A stretch of 44,789 nt of DNA from Candidatus Aminicenantes bacterium. GTDB lineage: Bacteria > Acidobacteriota > Aminicenantia > UBA2199. The notes below the pieces were generated by a model that saw nothing but the letters and a program-made list of their open reading frames with translations, was not told the origin of the DNA and did no database searches. The position numbers were made by a program, and so were the translations under genes. Numbering within the stretch: the stretch's first letter is position 1; every line of letters begins with the position of its first letter. Below are positions 44,143-44,789 of this stretch, one piece after another. The stretch is from NCBI GenBank assembly GCA_022865785.1, contig JALHTJ010000206.1, positions 1-44,789 on the forward strand, read 5' to 3'.

Positions 44143-44789
44143 ATGGCAAACGGAATGTATGAGATCATTTCAATGAAGCGGGACGGCCAGGAACTGGACC
44201 GCGAGGAGATCGCCTTCGTAATTTCGGGCTACGTCAGGGGAGACATCCCCGATTACCAGGTCGCGGCCTGGCTGATGGCAGTGTATATCCGCGGCCTGAG
44301 CGAGCGCGAGCTGGCCGACCTGACCGCGATCATGCTCGATTCCGGCGACCGCATCCCCCTGGACACCGTGCCCGGCAAAAAGATCGACAAGCACAGCACC
44401 GGCGGCGTCGGCGACAAGATCAGCTTCGTCGTGGCGCCGCTCGTGGCCGCCTGCGGAGTTCGTGTACCCATGCTTTCCGGCCGCGGCCTCGGCCACACCG
44501 GCGGCACCCTGGACAAGCTGGAAGCCATTCCGGGCCTGAACGTCTTTCTCGAAGCCGACCAGTTCCGCGAGGTCCTGGCCTCGACCGGCATGGTTATCTG
44601 CGGCCAGACCGAGAACATCGTCCCGGCCGACAAGAAGCTCTATGCCCTGCGCGACGCCACGGCCACGGTCAGCTGCCTGCCGCTCATCGCCTCCTCGATC
44701 ATGAGCAAGAAACTGGCCCTGGGCTCGGACGGCATCGTCCTGGACGTGAAAACCGGCAGCGGCGCCTTCATGAAAGACGAGAAGGACTC
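44143..44789 (+). CDS. Pyrimidine-nucleoside (thymidine) phosphorylase, C-terminus cut by right window edge
   Basis: Not in the ORF track because it has no stop in the window. ATG 44143 follows GAGG. The translation [18 protein letters not shown]...[11 protein letters not shown]...[16 protein letters not shown]...ALRDATATV is an unmistakable DeoA/Pdp family signature. Confidence 0.93.
   Translation, partial: MANGMYEIISMKRDGQELDREEIAFVISGYVRGDIPDYQVAAWLMAVYIRGLSERELADLTAIMLDSGDRIPLDTVPGKKIDKHSTGGVGDKISFVVAPLVAACGVRVPMLSGRGLGHTGGTLDKLEAIPGLNVFLEADQFREVLASTGMVICGQTENIVPADKKLYALRDATATVSCLPLIASSIMSKKLALGSDGIVLDVKTGSGAFMKDEKD

Noticed and set aside
1-44789. A search by eye for tRNA/rRNA genes, CRISPR-like spaced direct repeats, inverted-repeat-flanked transposases, toxin-antitoxin pairs and known defence genes.
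   Set aside because: None was found. All spacers longer than 100 nt (2058-2190, 13503-13756, 17326-17505, 17797-18049, 21601-21711, 32459-32564, 40484-40773) were read on both strands. They contain only promoter and terminator-like elements or the MFS stub. The recurring ~20-mers in 13800-15340 are in-frame HEAT-repeat coding units, not a repeat array.

Overview
Dense, GC-rich chromosomal segment with about 45 genes and mostly 0-100 nt spacers. It comes from a Gram-negative-type, probably anaerobic bacterium; my guess of an Acidobacteriota/Aminicenantes-like lineage cannot be verified here. I saw no rRNA, tRNA, CRISPR array, transposase, integrase or phage gene, so this reads as core chromosome rather than an island. 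Left to right: (1) a partial CBM9/DUF5916 protein that is missing from the ORF track because it runs off the edge; (2) a translationally chained thiC-MBL-yebC-ruvC-ruvA-ruvB unit (-); (3) an AddA/AddB-type helicase-nuclease pair (+); (4) a 59-codon MFS-transporter remnant; (5) an ECF sigma / zf-HC2 anti-sigma / two secreted HEAT-TPR repeat proteins operon (-); (6) a monocistronic RRM RNA-binding protein with a clean promoter and terminator; (7) queC-queD-queE; (8) an MFS exporter plus mntP; (9) purD-purE-MtaB-like followed by three envelope proteins of unknown function; (10) proS-pcm-DUF192-FHA/zinc-ribbon-membrane protein; (11) a LolA-like protein plus two DUF3857/transglutaminase-like paralogues, one with the Cys-His-Asp triad and one without; (12) a 1066-aa V4R-PAS-GAF-PAS hybrid histidine kinase; (13) a (+) cluster cdd-deoC-aor-moaD-like-pyrimidine nucleoside phosphorylase. 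The best candidates for undescribed biology are four. First, the deo-type nucleoside cluster carrying a tungsten-type aldehyde:ferredoxin oxidoreductase and a DeoC with a C-terminal Cys4 tail. Second, the ECF/anti-sigma/secreted HEAT-repeat module. Third, the active/degenerate transglutaminase pair. Fourth, the FHA-zinc-ribbon plus polytopic membrane protein pair. None can be shown to be novel from sequence alone. All functional calls rest on motif recognition by eye, not on searches.
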